NCBI GenBank assembly: GCA_032718475.1
Contig: JAUCBJ010004766.1
Location: 1 to 62,254, forward strand
Reading direction: 5' to 3'
DNA: 62,254 nt
Source: Nemertoderma westbladi
Lineage: Eukaryota; Animalia; Xenacoelomorpha
Part shown: positions 1 to 14,100 of the stretch, piece by piece
Layout: each line of letters starts with the position of its first letter
Position numbering within the stretch: position 1 is the first letter of the stretch
The notes under the pieces: model-generated
Seen by the model: the letters and a program-made list of their open reading frames with translations, nothing else
What the model was told of the DNA's origin: nothing
Database searches by the model: none
Position numbers and translations under genes: made by a program

Positions 1-62
1 CTGGTACTGAGGTACAGTATAGTGTAGATAGATGATTACAATATTGTAAGTTATTAAAATTT

Positions 63-300
63 GAGACGGGGGGGGGGGGGGGGGGGTTGGTTTGGGTTGG
101 AACTTGACGCAAATTGCACTGCACTTCGGCAAATTAAATTAACAGAGTTAATTATACATTAAGGTAAACGAGCAGGTTACCGTGGCACTTTATTCTGACC
201 AAAACAATAAAGAATGTCCATAGCACAGGCTAGAGTTTAAATTTTGTGAGTAATTATCTGTTATTTGCGTCTATTTTGCCCTGGAGAGTCATGAATTTTG
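63..300 (+). mobile_element. Diverged partial copy of the poly-G-terminated MITE family
   Basis: GAGAC + G-tract + ACTTGACGCAAA ... GAGCAGGTTAC ... TGTTATTTGCGTC ... CTGGAGAG aligns by eye with copies at 22703, 43882 and 45384. The right terminus is not found. Confidence 0.65.
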
Positions 301-354
301 ATTGATTCAAGCAATTCCCCTACTTTTCGGATAGTAATAGAACTGAACCGAAAT

Positions 355-627
355 GGTAGTTAGAAAAGCCCGTTTCTGTTACCTGCTCTTTTTTCTCATT
401 TTGTATTGTAACTAATTGTTTATTGTTTTGGTTAGCGAAGCCCGCCTCTGGTACCTGCTCCTTTCCCTCAATTAGTATGTTACCTGCTCTTTTTCCTCAT
501 TTTGTAATGTAACTGTTTATTGTTTTGGTAAGAAAAGCTCGCATCTGTAAGCTGCCCCTTTCTCTCAATTGGTAATTTTATCGTTTATTGTTTTGGTTCG
601 AAAAGACCGTCTATGTAACCTGCTCTT
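355..627. repeat. Degenerate ~65-70-bp tandem repeat (GTTTATTGTTTTGGTTAGAAAAGCCCG..TGTAACCTGCTC..)
   Basis: About 4-5 copies seen directly. The same motif recurs at 17620-17680 (reverse) and 45515-45785. Confidence 0.75.
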
Positions 628-878
628 AATTGAAGAAATGCATACATAATAAGCCATACTGCGGACAACAAAAGTATTATGCAAAATTCATAAAAAAATG
701 CGGACAAACGTCAAATGAACGGACATAAAAAATCACTGCCAAAAAGCGGTATGCTTTATTATGCTGCCTGTATATGTATATAGTAAAACGAACTTAGATC
801 CTATGTATGGAGTATATCTATAAATCAAAAACAACTAAACAATTTCTTGCAACTAGAGGGGAGTTATTTCAGCCTTTA

Positions 879-1102
879 GGGAAGTGTTCTCAGCCTAAGC
901 TGAGAAGACTGGGGAGTGTTCTCAGCCTAAGCTGAGAAGACTGGGGAGTGTTCTCAGCCTAAGCTGAAAAGACTGTGGAGTGTTCTCGGCCTAGGCTGAG
1001 AAGACTGGGGAGTGTTCTCAGCCTAGGCTGAGACGACTGGGGAGTGTTCTCAGCCTAAGCTGATACGACTGGGGAGTGTTCTCAGCCTAGGCTGAGATAA
1101 CT
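879..1102. repeat. Palindromic 32-bp minisatellite, 7 units
   Basis: Unit GGGGAGTGTTCTCAGCCTA[A/G]GCTGAGAAGACT starts at 879, 911, 943, 975, 1007, 1039 and 1071. Each unit contains the inverted repeat TTCTCAGC-CTA[A/G]-GCTGAGAA. A G-tract follows (1103-1134). Confidence 0.95.
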
Positions 1103-1134
<32 letters not shown>

Positions 1135-1321
1135 TCATGTTTGGTAGGGAGTTATCTCAGCCTAAAGCTCTATTACAGTATCCCTATTATTCCCCTATTT
1201 TTCCGATTTATCCCGTAAAATTTGAACTTTGAACAATATGTTGTAGATGTTGTAAAAATCAAAAATAGGCTTAATGAAATTTTTCAATTTTCATCGCGTT
1301 TGAACCGAGGTAGATACTTAC

Positions 1322-1546
1322 AGCTTTTGTAAATAACGGTACCAAATATACTACATGATCATCACCATCAACATGACCCAGATAGTTTCTCTTTGGAGAT
1401 TTGAACCTATTCACAGCGTTTGGAGCGGAACCACGATGCGGTATTGGAACCGTCAGCGAATCAGGGCGGCGGTTCGAACTGCGGTCCTCGGAGGGCGAAA
1501 TATATTCCGAATGTCGGCGAGTTGTCGACGCCGACGTGCCAAGCAT
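1322..1546 (-). CDS. Putative first coding exon (75 codons, MLGTS...HVVYLVPLFTKA), phase-0 donor
   Basis: ATG at 1546, open GC-rich frame, GTAAGT donor directly after 1322. C-terminal motif shared with the exon at 18081-18326. Confidence 0.5.
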
Positions 1547-1604
1547 CTCTGTACTGTACGAACAATCGGACTGAAGTTTATATGTACCCTAATAATCCTG
1601 TGGT

Positions 1605-1690
1605 GTTGGTGGATATAAAGTTTCGTATCCTATAGCGCGCTATAGAGTTGGTGGATATAAAGTTTCGTATCCTATAGCAAGGCTATAGGA
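1605..1690. repeat. 32-bp direct duplication plus hairpin
   Basis: GTTGGTGGATATAAAGTTTCGTATCCTATAGC at 1605-1636 and 1647-1678. Hairpin TCCTATAGC-AAG-GCTATAGGA at 1670-1690. Confidence 0.85.
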
Positions 1691-2105
1691 CATAACGCTA
1701 TAGGGTGGATACAACGGAACTCATATTGAGAACCTGATTATTGAAAATAATGTTTCTATCTCGGAAAAATTAATTTCATATCTTTAAAATTAATTTGAAA
1801 ATTTTGAAAATATATGTATGGGTCTTTATTATAGTTGCAAAATATTTTTTTAACAAAAACACTGACGATCCTGAGTTATTGCCGAACGTGGGAACATCGA
1901 ATTCTAAGAAGTTGATTTAATAATTACAAATTCCGTTTAACAAATTTTCAAATATTTCAATCCAATTGTTGCTGAGAGCGGGGACCTCGGAACGAAATAT
2001 AAAGTAACAGTGAATTTGAAATTTAAAAGCGCCGTTTTATATATTATTTAAAGGTTACAAATCCACATCAACGGACAATATTTACAGCTGAAAACTACTA
2101 CTACT

Positions 2106-5100
2106 ACCAATCAAACTACTGTGTACCAAAAACAAAAGTGCAAGCGTGACCAATCAAACTACTGTGTACCAAAAACAAAAGTGCAAGCGTGACCAATCAA
2201 ACTACTGTGTACCAAAAACAAAAGTGCAAGCGTGACCAATCAAACTACTGTGTACCAAAAACAAAAGTGCAAGCGTGACCAATCAAACTACTGTGTACCA
2301 AAAACAAAAGTGCAAGCGTGACCAATCAAACTACTGTGTACCAAAAACAAAAGTGCAAGCGTGACCAATCAAACTACTGTGTACCAAAAACAAAAGTGCA
2401 AGCGTGACCAATCAAACTACTGTGTACCAAAAACAAAAGTGCAAGCGTGACCAATCAAACTACTGTGTACCAAAAACAAAAGTGCAAGCGTGACCAATCA
2501 AACTACTGTGTACCAAAAACAAAAGTGCAAGCGTGACCAATCAAACTACTGTGTACCAAAAACAAAAGTGCAAGCGTGACCAATCAAACTACTGTGTACC
2601 AAAAACAAAAGTGCGAGCGTGACCAATCAAACTACTGTGTACCAAAAACAAAAGTGCAAGCGTGACCAATCAAACTACTGTGTACCAAAAACAAAAGTGC
2701 AAGCGTGACCAATCAAACTACTGTGTACCAAAAACAAAAGTGCAAGCGTGACCAATCAAACTAGACCTACGTGTACCAAAAACAAAAGTGCAAGCGTGAC
2801 CAATCAAACTAGACCTACTGTGTACCAAAAACCAAAAGTGCAAGCGTGACCAATCAAACTACTGTGTACCAAAAACAAGTGCAAGCGTGACCAATCAAAC
2901 TACTGTGTACCAAAAACAAAAGTGCGAGCGTGACCAATCAAACTACTGTGTACCAAAAACAAGTGCAAGCGTGACCAATCAAACTACTGTGTACCAAAAA
3001 CAAAAGTGCAAGCGTGACCAATCAAACTACTGTGTACCAAAAACAAAAGTGCAAGCGTGACCAATCAAACTACTGTGTACCAAAAACAAAAGTGCAAGCG
3101 TGACCAATCAAACTACTGTGTACCAAAAACAAAAGTGCAAGCGTGACCAATCAAACTACTGTGTACCAAAAACAAAAGTGCGAGCGTGACCAATCAAACT
3201 ACTGTGTACCAAAAACAAAGTGCAAGCGTGACCAATCAAACTACTGTGTACCAAAAACAAAAGTGCGAGCGTGACCAATCAAACTACTGTGTACCAAAAA
3301 CAAAAGTGCAAGCGTGACCAATCAAACTACTGTGTACCAAAAACAAAAGTGCAAGCGTGACCAATCAAACTACTGTGTACCAAAAACAAAAGTGCAAGCG
3401 TGACCAATCAAACTACTGTGTACCAAAAACAAAAGTGCAAGCGTGACCAATCAAACTACTGTGTACCAAAAACAAAAGTGCAAGCGTGACCAATCAAACT
3501 ACTGTGTACCAAAAACAAAAGTGCAAGCGTGACCAATCAAACTACTGTGTACCAAAAACAAAAGTGCAAGCGTGACCAATCAAACTACTGTGTACCAAAA
3601 ACAAAAGTGCAAGCGTGACCAATCAAACTACTGTGTACCAAAAACAAAAGTGCAAGCGTGACCAATCAAACTACTGTGTACCAAAAACAAAAGTGCGAGC
3701 GTGACCAATCAAACTACTGTGTACCAAAAACAAAAGTGCAAGCGTGACCAATCAAACTACTGTGTACCAAAAACAAAAGTGCAAGCGTGACCAATCAAAC
3801 TACTGTGTACCAAAAACAAAAGTGCAAGCGTGACCAATCAAACTACTGTGTACCAAAAACAAAAGTGCAAGCGTGACCAATCAAACTACTGTGTACCAAA
3901 AACAAAAGTGCAAGCGTGACCAATCAAACTACTGTGTACCAAAAACAAAGTGCAAGCGTGACCAATCAAACTACTGTGTACCAAAAACAAAAGTGCGAGC
4001 GTGACCAATCAAACTACTGTGTACCAAAAACAAGTGCAAGCGTGACCAATCAAACTACTGTGTACCAAAAACAAAAGTGCAAGCGTGACCAATCAAACTA
4101 CTGTGTACCAAAAACAAAAGTGCAAGCGTGACCAATCAAACTACTGTGTACCAAAAACAAAAGTGCAAGCGTGACCAATCAAACTACTGTGTACCAAAAA
4201 CAAAAGTGCAAGCGTGACCAATCAAACTACTGTGTACCAAAAACAAAAGTGCGAGCGTGACCAATCAAACTACTGTGTACCAAAAACAAAAGTGCAAGCG
4301 TGACCAATCAAACTACTGTGTACCAAAAACAAAAGTGCGAGCGTGACCAATCAAACTACTGTGTACCAAAAACAAAAGTGCAAGCGTGACCAATCAAACT
4401 ACTGTGTACCAAAAACAAAAGTGCAAGCGTGACCAATCAAACTAGACCTACTGTGTACCAAAAACAAAAGTGCAAGCGTGACCAATCAAATCTACTGTGT
4501 ACCAAAAACAAAAGTGCAAGCGTGACCAATCAAACTAGACCTACTGTGTACCAAAAACAAAAGTGCAAGCGTGACCAATCAAACTAGACCTACTGTGTAC
4601 CAAAAACAAAAGTGCAAGCGTGACCAATCAAACTACTGTGTACCAAAAACAAAAGTGCAAGCGTGACCAATCAAACTACTGTGTACCAAAAACAAAAGTG
4701 CGAGCGTGACCAATCAAACTACTGTGTACCAAAAACAAAAGTGCAAGCGTGACCAATCAAACTACTGTGTACCAAAAACAAGTGCAAGCGTGACCAATCA
4801 AACTACTGTGTACCAAAAACAAAAGTGCGAGCGTGACCAATCAAACTACTGTGTACCAAAAACAAAGTGCAAGCGTGACCAATCAAACTACTGTGTACCA
4901 AAAACAAGTGCAAGCGTGACCAATCAAACTACTGTGTACCAAAAACAAAAGTGCGAGCGTGACCAATCAAACTACTGTGTACCAAAAACAAGTGCAAGCG
5001 TGACCAATCAAACTACTGTGTACCAAAAACAAAAGTGCGAGCGTGACCAATCAAACTACTGTGTACCAAAAACAAAAGTGCAAGCGTGACCAATCAAACT

Positions 5101-8100
5101 ACTGTGTACCAAAAACAAAAGTGCAAGCGTGACCAATCAAACTAGACCTACTGTGTACCAAAAACAAAAGTTCAAGCGTGACCAATCAAATTACTGTGTA
5201 CCAAAAACAAAAGTGCAAGCGTGACCAATCAAACTAGACCTACTGTGTACCAAACACAAAAGTGCAAGCGTGACCAATCAAACTAGACCTACTGTGTACC
5301 AAAAACAAAAGTGCAAGCGTGACCAATCAAACTACTGTGTACCAAAAACAAGTGCAAGCGTGACCAATCAAACTACTGTGTACTAAAAACAAAAGTGCGA
5401 GCGTGACCAATCAAACTACTGTGTACCAAAAACAAGTACAAGCGTGACCAATCAAACTACAGTGTACCAAAAACAAAAGTGCGAGCGTGACCAATCAAAC
5501 TACTGTGTACCAAAAACAAAAGTGCCGGCGTGACCAATCAAACTACTGTGTACCAAAAACAAAAGTGCAAGCGTGACCAATCAAACTACTGTGTACCAAA
5601 AACAAAAGCGCGAGCGTGACCAATCAAACTACTGTGTTCCAAAAACAAAATGGCGAGTGTGACCAATCAAACTACTGTGTACCGAAAACAAAAGTGCAAG
5701 CGTGACCAATCAAACTACTGTGTCCCAAAAACAAAAGTGCAAGCGTGACCAATCAAACTACTGTGTACCAAAAACAAAAGTGCAAGCGTGACCAATCAAA
5801 CTACTGTGTACCAAAAACAAAAGTGCAAGCGTGACCAATCAAACTAGACCTACTGTGTACCAAAAACAAAAGTGCAAGCGTGACCAATCAAACTAGACCT
5901 ACTGTGTACCAAAAACCAAAAGTGCAAGCGTTACCAATCAAACTACTGTGTACCAAAAACAAGTGCAAGCGTGACCAATCAAACTACTGTGTACCAAAAA
6001 CAAAAGTGCAAGCGTGACCAATCAAACTAGACCTACTGTGTACCAAAAACAAAATGGCGAGCGTGACCAATCAAACTACTGTGTACCGAAAACAAAAGTG
6101 CAAGCGTGACCAATCAAACTAATGTGTACCAAAAACAAAAGTGCAAGCGTGACCAATCAAACTACTGTGTACCAAAAACAAAAGTGCAAGCGTGACCAAT
6201 CAACCTACTGTGTACCAAAAACAAAAGTGCAAGCGTGACCAATCAAACTAGACCTACTGTGTACCAAAAACAAAAGTGCAAGCGTGACCAATCAAACTAG
6301 ACCTACTGTGTACCAAAAACAAAAGTGCGAGCGTGACCAATCAAACTACTGTGTACCAAAAACAAACGTGCAAGCGTGACCAATTAAACTACTGTGTACC
6401 AAAAACAAAAGTGCGAGCGTGACCAATCAAACTACTGTGTACCAAAACAAAAACAAAAGTGCAAGCGTGACCAATCAAACTACTGTGTACCAAAAACAAA
6501 AGTGCAAGCGTGACCAATCAAACTACTGTGTACCAAAAACAATAGTGCAAGCGTGACCAATCAAACTACTGTGTACCAATAACTAAAGTGCAAGTGTGAC
6601 CAATCAAACTACTGTGTACCAAAAACAAAAGTGCAAGCGTGACCAATCAAACTACTGTGTACCAAAAACAAAAGTGCAAGCGTGACCAATCAAACTACTG
6701 TGTACCAAAAACAAAAGTGCAAGCGTGACCAATCAAACTACTGTGTACCAAAAACAAAAGTGCAAGCGTGACCTGTCAAACTACTGTGTACCAAAAACAA
6801 AAGTGCAAGCGTGACCAATAAAACTACTGTGTACCAAAAACAAAAGTGCGAGCGTGACCAATCAAACTACTGTGTACCAAAAACAAAAGTGCGAGCGTGA
6901 CCAATCAAACTACTGTGTACCAAAAACAAAAGTGCAAACGTGACCAATCAAACTAGACCTACTGTGTACCAAAAAAAAAAGTGCAAGCGTGACCAATCAA
7001 ACTACTGTTTACCAAAAACAAAAGTGCAAGCGTGACCAATCAAACTACTGTGTACCAAAAACAAAAGTGCAAGCGTGACCAATCAAACTAGACCTACTGT
7101 GTACCAAAAAAAAAGTGCAAGCGTGACCAATCAAACTAGACCTACTGTGTACCAAAAACCAAAAGCGCAAGCGTGACCAATCAAACTACTGTGTACCAAA
7201 AACAAGTGATAGCGTGACCAATCAAACTACTGTGTACCAAAAACAAAAGTGCGAGCGTGAAAAATCAAACTACTGTGTACAAAAACAAGTGCAAGCGTAA
7301 CCAATCAAACTACTGTGTACCAAAACAAAAGTGCGAGCGTGACCAATCAAACTACTGTGTACCAAAACAAAAACAAAAGTGCAAGCGTGACTAATCAAAC
7401 TACTGTGTACCAAAAACAAAAGTGCAAGCGTGACCAATCAAACTACTGTGTACCAAAAACAAAAGTGCAAGCGTGACCAATCAAACTACTGTGTACCAAT
7501 AACAAAAGTGCAAGTGTGACCAATCAAACTACTGTGTACCAAAAACAAAAGTGCAAGCGTGACCAATCAAACTACTGTGTACCAAAAACAAAAGTGCAAG
7601 CGTGACCAATCAAACTACTGTGTACAAAAACAAAAGTGCAAGCGTGACCAATCAAACTACTGTGTACCAAAAACAAAACTGCAAGCGTGACCTGTCAAAC
7701 TACTGTGTACCAAAAACAAAAGTGCAAGCGTGACCAATAAAACTACTGTGTACCAAAAACAAAAGTGCGAGCGTGACCAATCAAACTACTGTGTACCAAA
7801 AACAAAAGTGCGAGCGTGACCAATCAAACTACTGTGTACCAAAAACAAAAGTGCAAGCGCGACCAATCAAACTACTGTGTATCAAAAACAAAAGTGCAAG
7901 CGTGACCAATCAAACTAGACCTACTGTGTACCAAAAACAAAAGTGCAAGCGTGACCAATCAAACTAGACCTACTGTGTACCAAAAACAAGTGATAGCGTG
8001 ACCAATCAAACTACTGTGTACCAAAAACAAAAGTGCGAGCGTGAAAAATCAAACTACTGTGTACCAAAAACAAGTGCAAGCGTAACCAATCAAACTACTG

Positions 8101-11100
8101 TGTACCAAAAACAAAAGTGCAAGCGTGACCAATCAAACTAGACCTACTGTGTACCAAAAACAAAAGTGCAAGCGTGACCAATCAAACTAGACCTACTGTG
8201 TACCAAAAACAAAAGTGCGAGCGTGACCAATCAAACTACTGTGTACCAAAAACAAAAGTGCAAGCGTGACCAATCAAACTACTGTGTATCAAAAACAAAA
8301 GTGCAAGCGTGACCAATCAAACTAGACCTACTGTGTACCAAAAACAAAAGTGCAAGCGTGACCAATCAAACTAGACCTACTGTGTACCAAAAACCAAAAG
8401 TGCAAGCGTGACCAATCAAACTACTGTGTACCAAAAACAAAAGTGCGAGCGTGACCAATCAAACTACTGTGTACCAAAAACAAGTGCAAGCGTGACCAAT
8501 CAAAATACTGTGTACTAAAAAGAAAAGTGCGAGCGTTACCAATCAAACTACTGTGTACCAAAAACAAGTGCAAGCGTGACCAATCAAACAACTACTGTGT
8601 ACCAAAACAAAAACAAAAGTGCAAGCGTGACCAATCAAACTACTGTGTACCAAAAACAAAAGTGCAAGCGTGACCAATCAAACTACTGTGTACCAAAAAC
8701 GAAAGTGCAAGCGTGACCAATCAAACTACTGTGTACCAATAACAAAAGTGCAAGTGTGACCAATCAAACTACTGTGTACCAAAAACAAAAGTGCAAGCGT
8801 GACCAATCAAACTACTGTGTACCAAAAACAAAAGTGCAAGCGTGACCAATCAAACTACTGTGTACCAAAAACAAAAGTGCAAGCGTGACCAATCAAACTA
8901 CTGTGTACCAAAAACAAAAGTGCAAGCGTGACCTGTCAAACTACTGTGTACCAAAAACAAAAGTGCAAGCGTGACCAATAAAATTACTGTGTACCAAAAA
9001 CAAAAGTGCGAGCGTGACCAATCAAACTACTGTGTACCAAAAACAAAAGTGCGAGCGTGACCAATCAAACTACTGTGTACCAAAAACAAAAGTGCAAACG
9101 TGACCAATCAAACTACTGTGTATCAAAAACAAAAGTGCAAGCGTGACCAATCAAACTAGACCTACTGTGTACCAAAAAAAAAAGTGCAAGCGTGACCAAT
9201 CAAACTAGACCTACTGTGTACCAAAAACCAAAAGTGCAAGCGTGACCAATCAAACTACTGTGTACCAAAAACAAGTGATAGCGTGACCAATCAAACTACT
9301 GTGTACCAAAAACAAAAGTGCGAGCGTGAAAAATCAAACTACTGTGTACAAAAACAAGTGCAAGCGTAACCAATCAAACTACTGTGTACCAAAAACAAAA
9401 GTGCGAGCGTGACCAATCAAACTACTGTGTACCAAAACAAAAACAAAAGTGCAAGCGTGACCAATCAAACTACTGTGTACCAAAAACAAAAGTGCAAGCG
9501 TGACCAATCAAACTACTGTGTACCAAAAACAAAAGTGCAAGCGTAACCAATCAAACTACTGTGTACCAATAACAAAAGTGCAAGTGTGACCAATCAAACT
9601 ACTGTGTACCAAAAACAAAAGTGCAAGCGTGACCAATCAAACTACTGTGTACCAAAAACAAGTGATAGCGTGACCAATCAAACTACTGTGTACCAAAAAC
9701 AAAAGTGCGAGCGTGAAAAATCAAACTACTGTGTACCAAAAACAAGTGCAAGCGTAACCAATCAAACTACTGTGTACCAAAAACAAAAGTGCAAGCGTGA
9801 CCAATCAAACTAGACCTACTGTGTACCAAAAACAAAAGTGCAAGCGTGACCAATCAAACTAGACCTACTGTGTACCAAAAACAAAAGTGCGAGAGTGACC
9901 AATCCAACTACTGTGTACCAAAAACAAAAGTGCAAGCGTGACCAATCAAACTACTGTGTATCAAAAACAAAAGTGCAAGCGTGACCAATCAAACTAGACC
10001 TACTGTGTACCAAAAACAAAAGTGCAAGCGTGACCAATCAAACTAGACCTACTGTGTACCAAAAACCAAAAGTGCAAGCGTGACCAATCAAACTACTGTG
10101 TACCAAAAACAAAAGTGCGAGCGTGACCAATCAAACTACTGTGTACCAAAAACAAGTGCAAGCGTGACCAATCAAAATACTGTGTACTAAAAAGAAAAGT
10201 GCGAGCGTGACCAATCAAACTACTGTGTACCAAAAACAAGTGCAAGCGTGACCAATCAAACTACTGTGTACCAAAACAAAAACAAAAGTGCAAGCGTGAC
10301 CAATCAAACTACTGTGTACCAAAAACAAAAGTGCAAGCGTGACCAATCAAACTACTGTGTACCAAAAACGAAAGTGCAAGCGTGACCAATCAAACTACTG
10401 TGTACCAATAACAAAAGTGCAAGTGTGACCAATCAAACTACTGTGTACCAAAAACAAAAGTGCAAGCGTGACCAATCAAACTACTGTGTACCAAAAACAA
10501 AAGTGCAAGCGTGACCAATCAAACTACTGTGTACCAAAAACAAAAGTGCAAGCGTGACCAATCAAACTACTGTGTACCAAAAACAAAAGTGCAAGCGTGA
10601 CCTGTCAAACTACTGTGTACCAAAAACAAAAGTGCAAGCGTGACCAATAAAATTACTGTGTACCAAAAACAAAAGTGCGAGCGTGACCAATCAAACTACT
10701 GTGTACCAAAAACAAAAGTGCGAGCGTGACCAATCAAACTACTGTGTACCAAAAACAAAAGTGCAAACGTGACCAATCAAACTACTGTGTATCAAAAACA
10801 AAAGTGCAAGCGTGACCAATCAAACTAGACCTACTGTGTACCAAAAAAAAAAGTGCAAGCGTGACCAATCAAACTAGACCTACTGTGTACCAAAAACCAA
10901 AAGTGCAAGCGTGACCAATCAAACTACTGTGTACCAAAAACAAGTGATAGCGTGACCAATCAAACTACTGTGTACCAAAAACAAAAGTGCGAGCGTGAAC
11001 AATCAAACTACTGTGTACAAAAACAAGTGCAAGCGTAACCAATCAAACTACTGTGTACCAAAAACAAAAGTGCGAGCGTGACCAATCAAACTACTGTGTA

Positions 11101-14100
11101 CCAAAACAAAAACAAAAGTGCAAGCGTGACCAATCAAACTACTGTGTACCAAAAACAAAAGTGCAAGCGTGACCAATCAAACTACTGTGTACCAAAAACA
11201 AAAGTGCAAGCGTGACCAATCAAACTACTGTGTACCAATAACAAAAGTGCAAGTGTGACCAATCAAACTACTGTGTACCAAAAACAAAAGTGCAAGCGTG
11301 ACCAATCAAACTACTGTGTACCAAAAACAAGTGATAGCGTGACCAATCAAACTACTGTGTACCAAAAACAAAAGTGCGAGCGTGAAAAATCAAACTACTG
11401 TGTACCAAAAACAAGTGCAAGCGTAACCAATCAAACTACTGTGTACCAAAAACAAAAGTGCAAGCGTGACCAATCAAACTAGACCTACTGTGTACCAAAA
11501 ACAAAAGTGCAAGCGTGACCAATCAAACTAGACCTACTGTGTACCAAAAACAAAAGTGCGAGCGTGACCAATCAAACTACTGTGTACCAAAAACAAAAGT
11601 GCAAGCGTGACCAATCAAACTACTGTGTATCAAAAACAAAAGTGCAAGCGTGACCAATCAAACTAGACCTACTGTGTACCAAAAACAAAAGTGCAAGCGT
11701 GACCAATCAAACTAGACCTACTGTGTACCAAAAACCAAAAGTGCAAGCGTGACCAATCAAACTACTGTGTACCAAAAACAAGTGATAGCGTGACCAATCA
11801 AACTACTGTGTACCAAAAACAAAAGTGCGAGCGTGACCAATCAAACTACTGTGTACCAAAAACAAGTGCAAGCGTGACCAATCAAAATACTGTGTACTAA
11901 AAAGAAAAGTGCGAGCGTGACCAATCAAACTACTGTGTACCAAAAACAAGTGATAGCGTGACCAATCAAACTACTGTGTACCAAAAACAAAAGTGCGAGC
12001 GTGAAAAATCAAACTACTGTGTACAAAAACAAGTGCAAGCGTAACCAATCAAACTACTGTGTACCAAAAACAAAAGTGCGAGCGTGACCAATCAAACTAC
12101 TGTGTACCAAAACAAAAACAAAAGTGCAAGCGTGACCAATCAAACTACTGTGTACCAAAAACAAAAGTGCAAGCGTGACCAATCAAACTACTGTGTACCA
12201 AAAACAAAAGTGCAAGCGTAACCAATCAAACTACTGTGTACCAATAACAAAAGTGCAAGTGTGACCAATCAAACTACTGTGTACCAAAAACAAAAGTGCA
12301 AGCGTGACCAATCAAACTACTGTGTACCAAAAACAAGTGATAGCGTGACCAATCAAACTACTGTGTACCAAAAACAAAAGTGCGAGCGTGAAAAATCAAA
12401 CTAATGTGTACCAAAAACAAGTGCAAGCGTAACCAATCAAACTACTGTGTACCAAAAACAAAAGTGCAAGCGTGACCAATCAAACTAGACCTACTGTGTA
12501 CCAAAAACAAAAGTGCAAGCGTGACCAATCAAACTAGACCTACTGTGTACCAAAAACAAAAGTGCGAGAGTGACCAATCCAACTACTGTGTACCAAAAAC
12601 AAAAGTGCAAGCGTGACCAATCAAACTACTGTGTATCAAAAACAAAAGTGCAAGCGTGACCAATCAAACTAGACCTACTGTGTACCAAAAACAAAAGTGC
12701 AAGCGTGACCAATCAAACTAGACCTACTGTGTACCAAAAACCAAAAGTGCAAGCGTGACCAATCAAACTACTGTGTACCAAAAACAAAAGTGCGAGCGTG
12801 ACCAATCAAACTACTGTGTACCAAAAACAAGTGCAAGCGTGACCAATCAAAATACTGTGTACTAAAAAGAAAAGTGCGAGCGTGACCAATCAAACTACTG
12901 TGTACCAAAAACAAGTGCAAGCGTGACCAATCAAACTACTGTGTACCAAAACAAAAACAAAAGTGCAAGCGTGACCAATCAAACTACTGTGTACCAAAAA
13001 CAAAAGTGCAAGCGTGACCAATCAAACTACTGTGTACCAAAAACGAAAGTGCAAGCGTGACCAATCAAACTACTGTGTACCAATAACAAAAGTGCAAGTG
13101 TGACCAATCAAACTACTGTGTACCAAAAACAAAAGTGCAAGCGTGACCAATCAAACTACTGTGTACCAAAAACAAAAGTGCAAGCGTGACCAATCAAACT
13201 ACTGTGTACCAAAAACAAAAGTGCAAGCGTGACCAATCAAACTACTGTGTACCAAAAACAAAAGTGCAAGCGTGACCTGTCAAACTACTGTGTACCAAAA
13301 ACAAAAGTGCAAGCGTGACCAATAAAATTACTGTGTACCAAAAACAAAAGTGCGAGCGTGACCAATCAAACTACTGTGTACCAAAAACAAAAGTGCGAGC
13401 GTGACCAATCAAACTACTGTGTACCAAAAACAAAAGTGCAAACGTGACCAATCAAACTACTGTGTATCAAAAACAAAAGTGCAAGCGTGACCAATCAAAC
13501 TAGACCTACTGTGTACCAAAAAAAAAAGTGCAAGCGTGACCAATCAAACTAGACCTACTGTGTACCAAAAACCAAAAGTGCAAGCGTGACCAATCAAACT
13601 ACTGTGTACCAAAAACAAGTGATAGCGTGACCAATCAAACTACTGTGTACCAAAAACAAAAGTGCGAGCGTGAACAATCAAACTACTGTGTACAAAAACA
13701 AGTGCAAGCGTAACCAATCAAACTACTGTGTACCAAAAACAAAAGTGCGAGCGTGACCAATCAAACTACTGTGTACCAAAACAAAAACAAAAGTGCAAGC
13801 GTGACCAATCAAACTACTGTGTACCAAAAACAAAAGTGCAAGCGTGACCAATCAAACTACTGTGTACCAAAAACAAAAGTGCAAGCGTGACCAATCAAAC
13901 TACTGTGTACCAATAACAAAAGTGCAAGTGTGACCAATCAAACTACTGTGTACCAAAAACAAAAGTGCAAGCGTGACCAATCAAACTACTGTGTACCAAA
14001 AACAAGTGATAGCGTGACCAATCAAACTACTGTGTACCAAAAACAAAAGTGCGAGCGTGAAAAATCAAACTACTGTGTACCAAAAACAAGTGCAAGCGTA

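Noticed and set aside
879-1102. CRISPR-like palindromic 32-bp repeats
   Set aside because: Units are head-to-tail with no unique spacers, there are no cas genes, and the context is eukaryotic.
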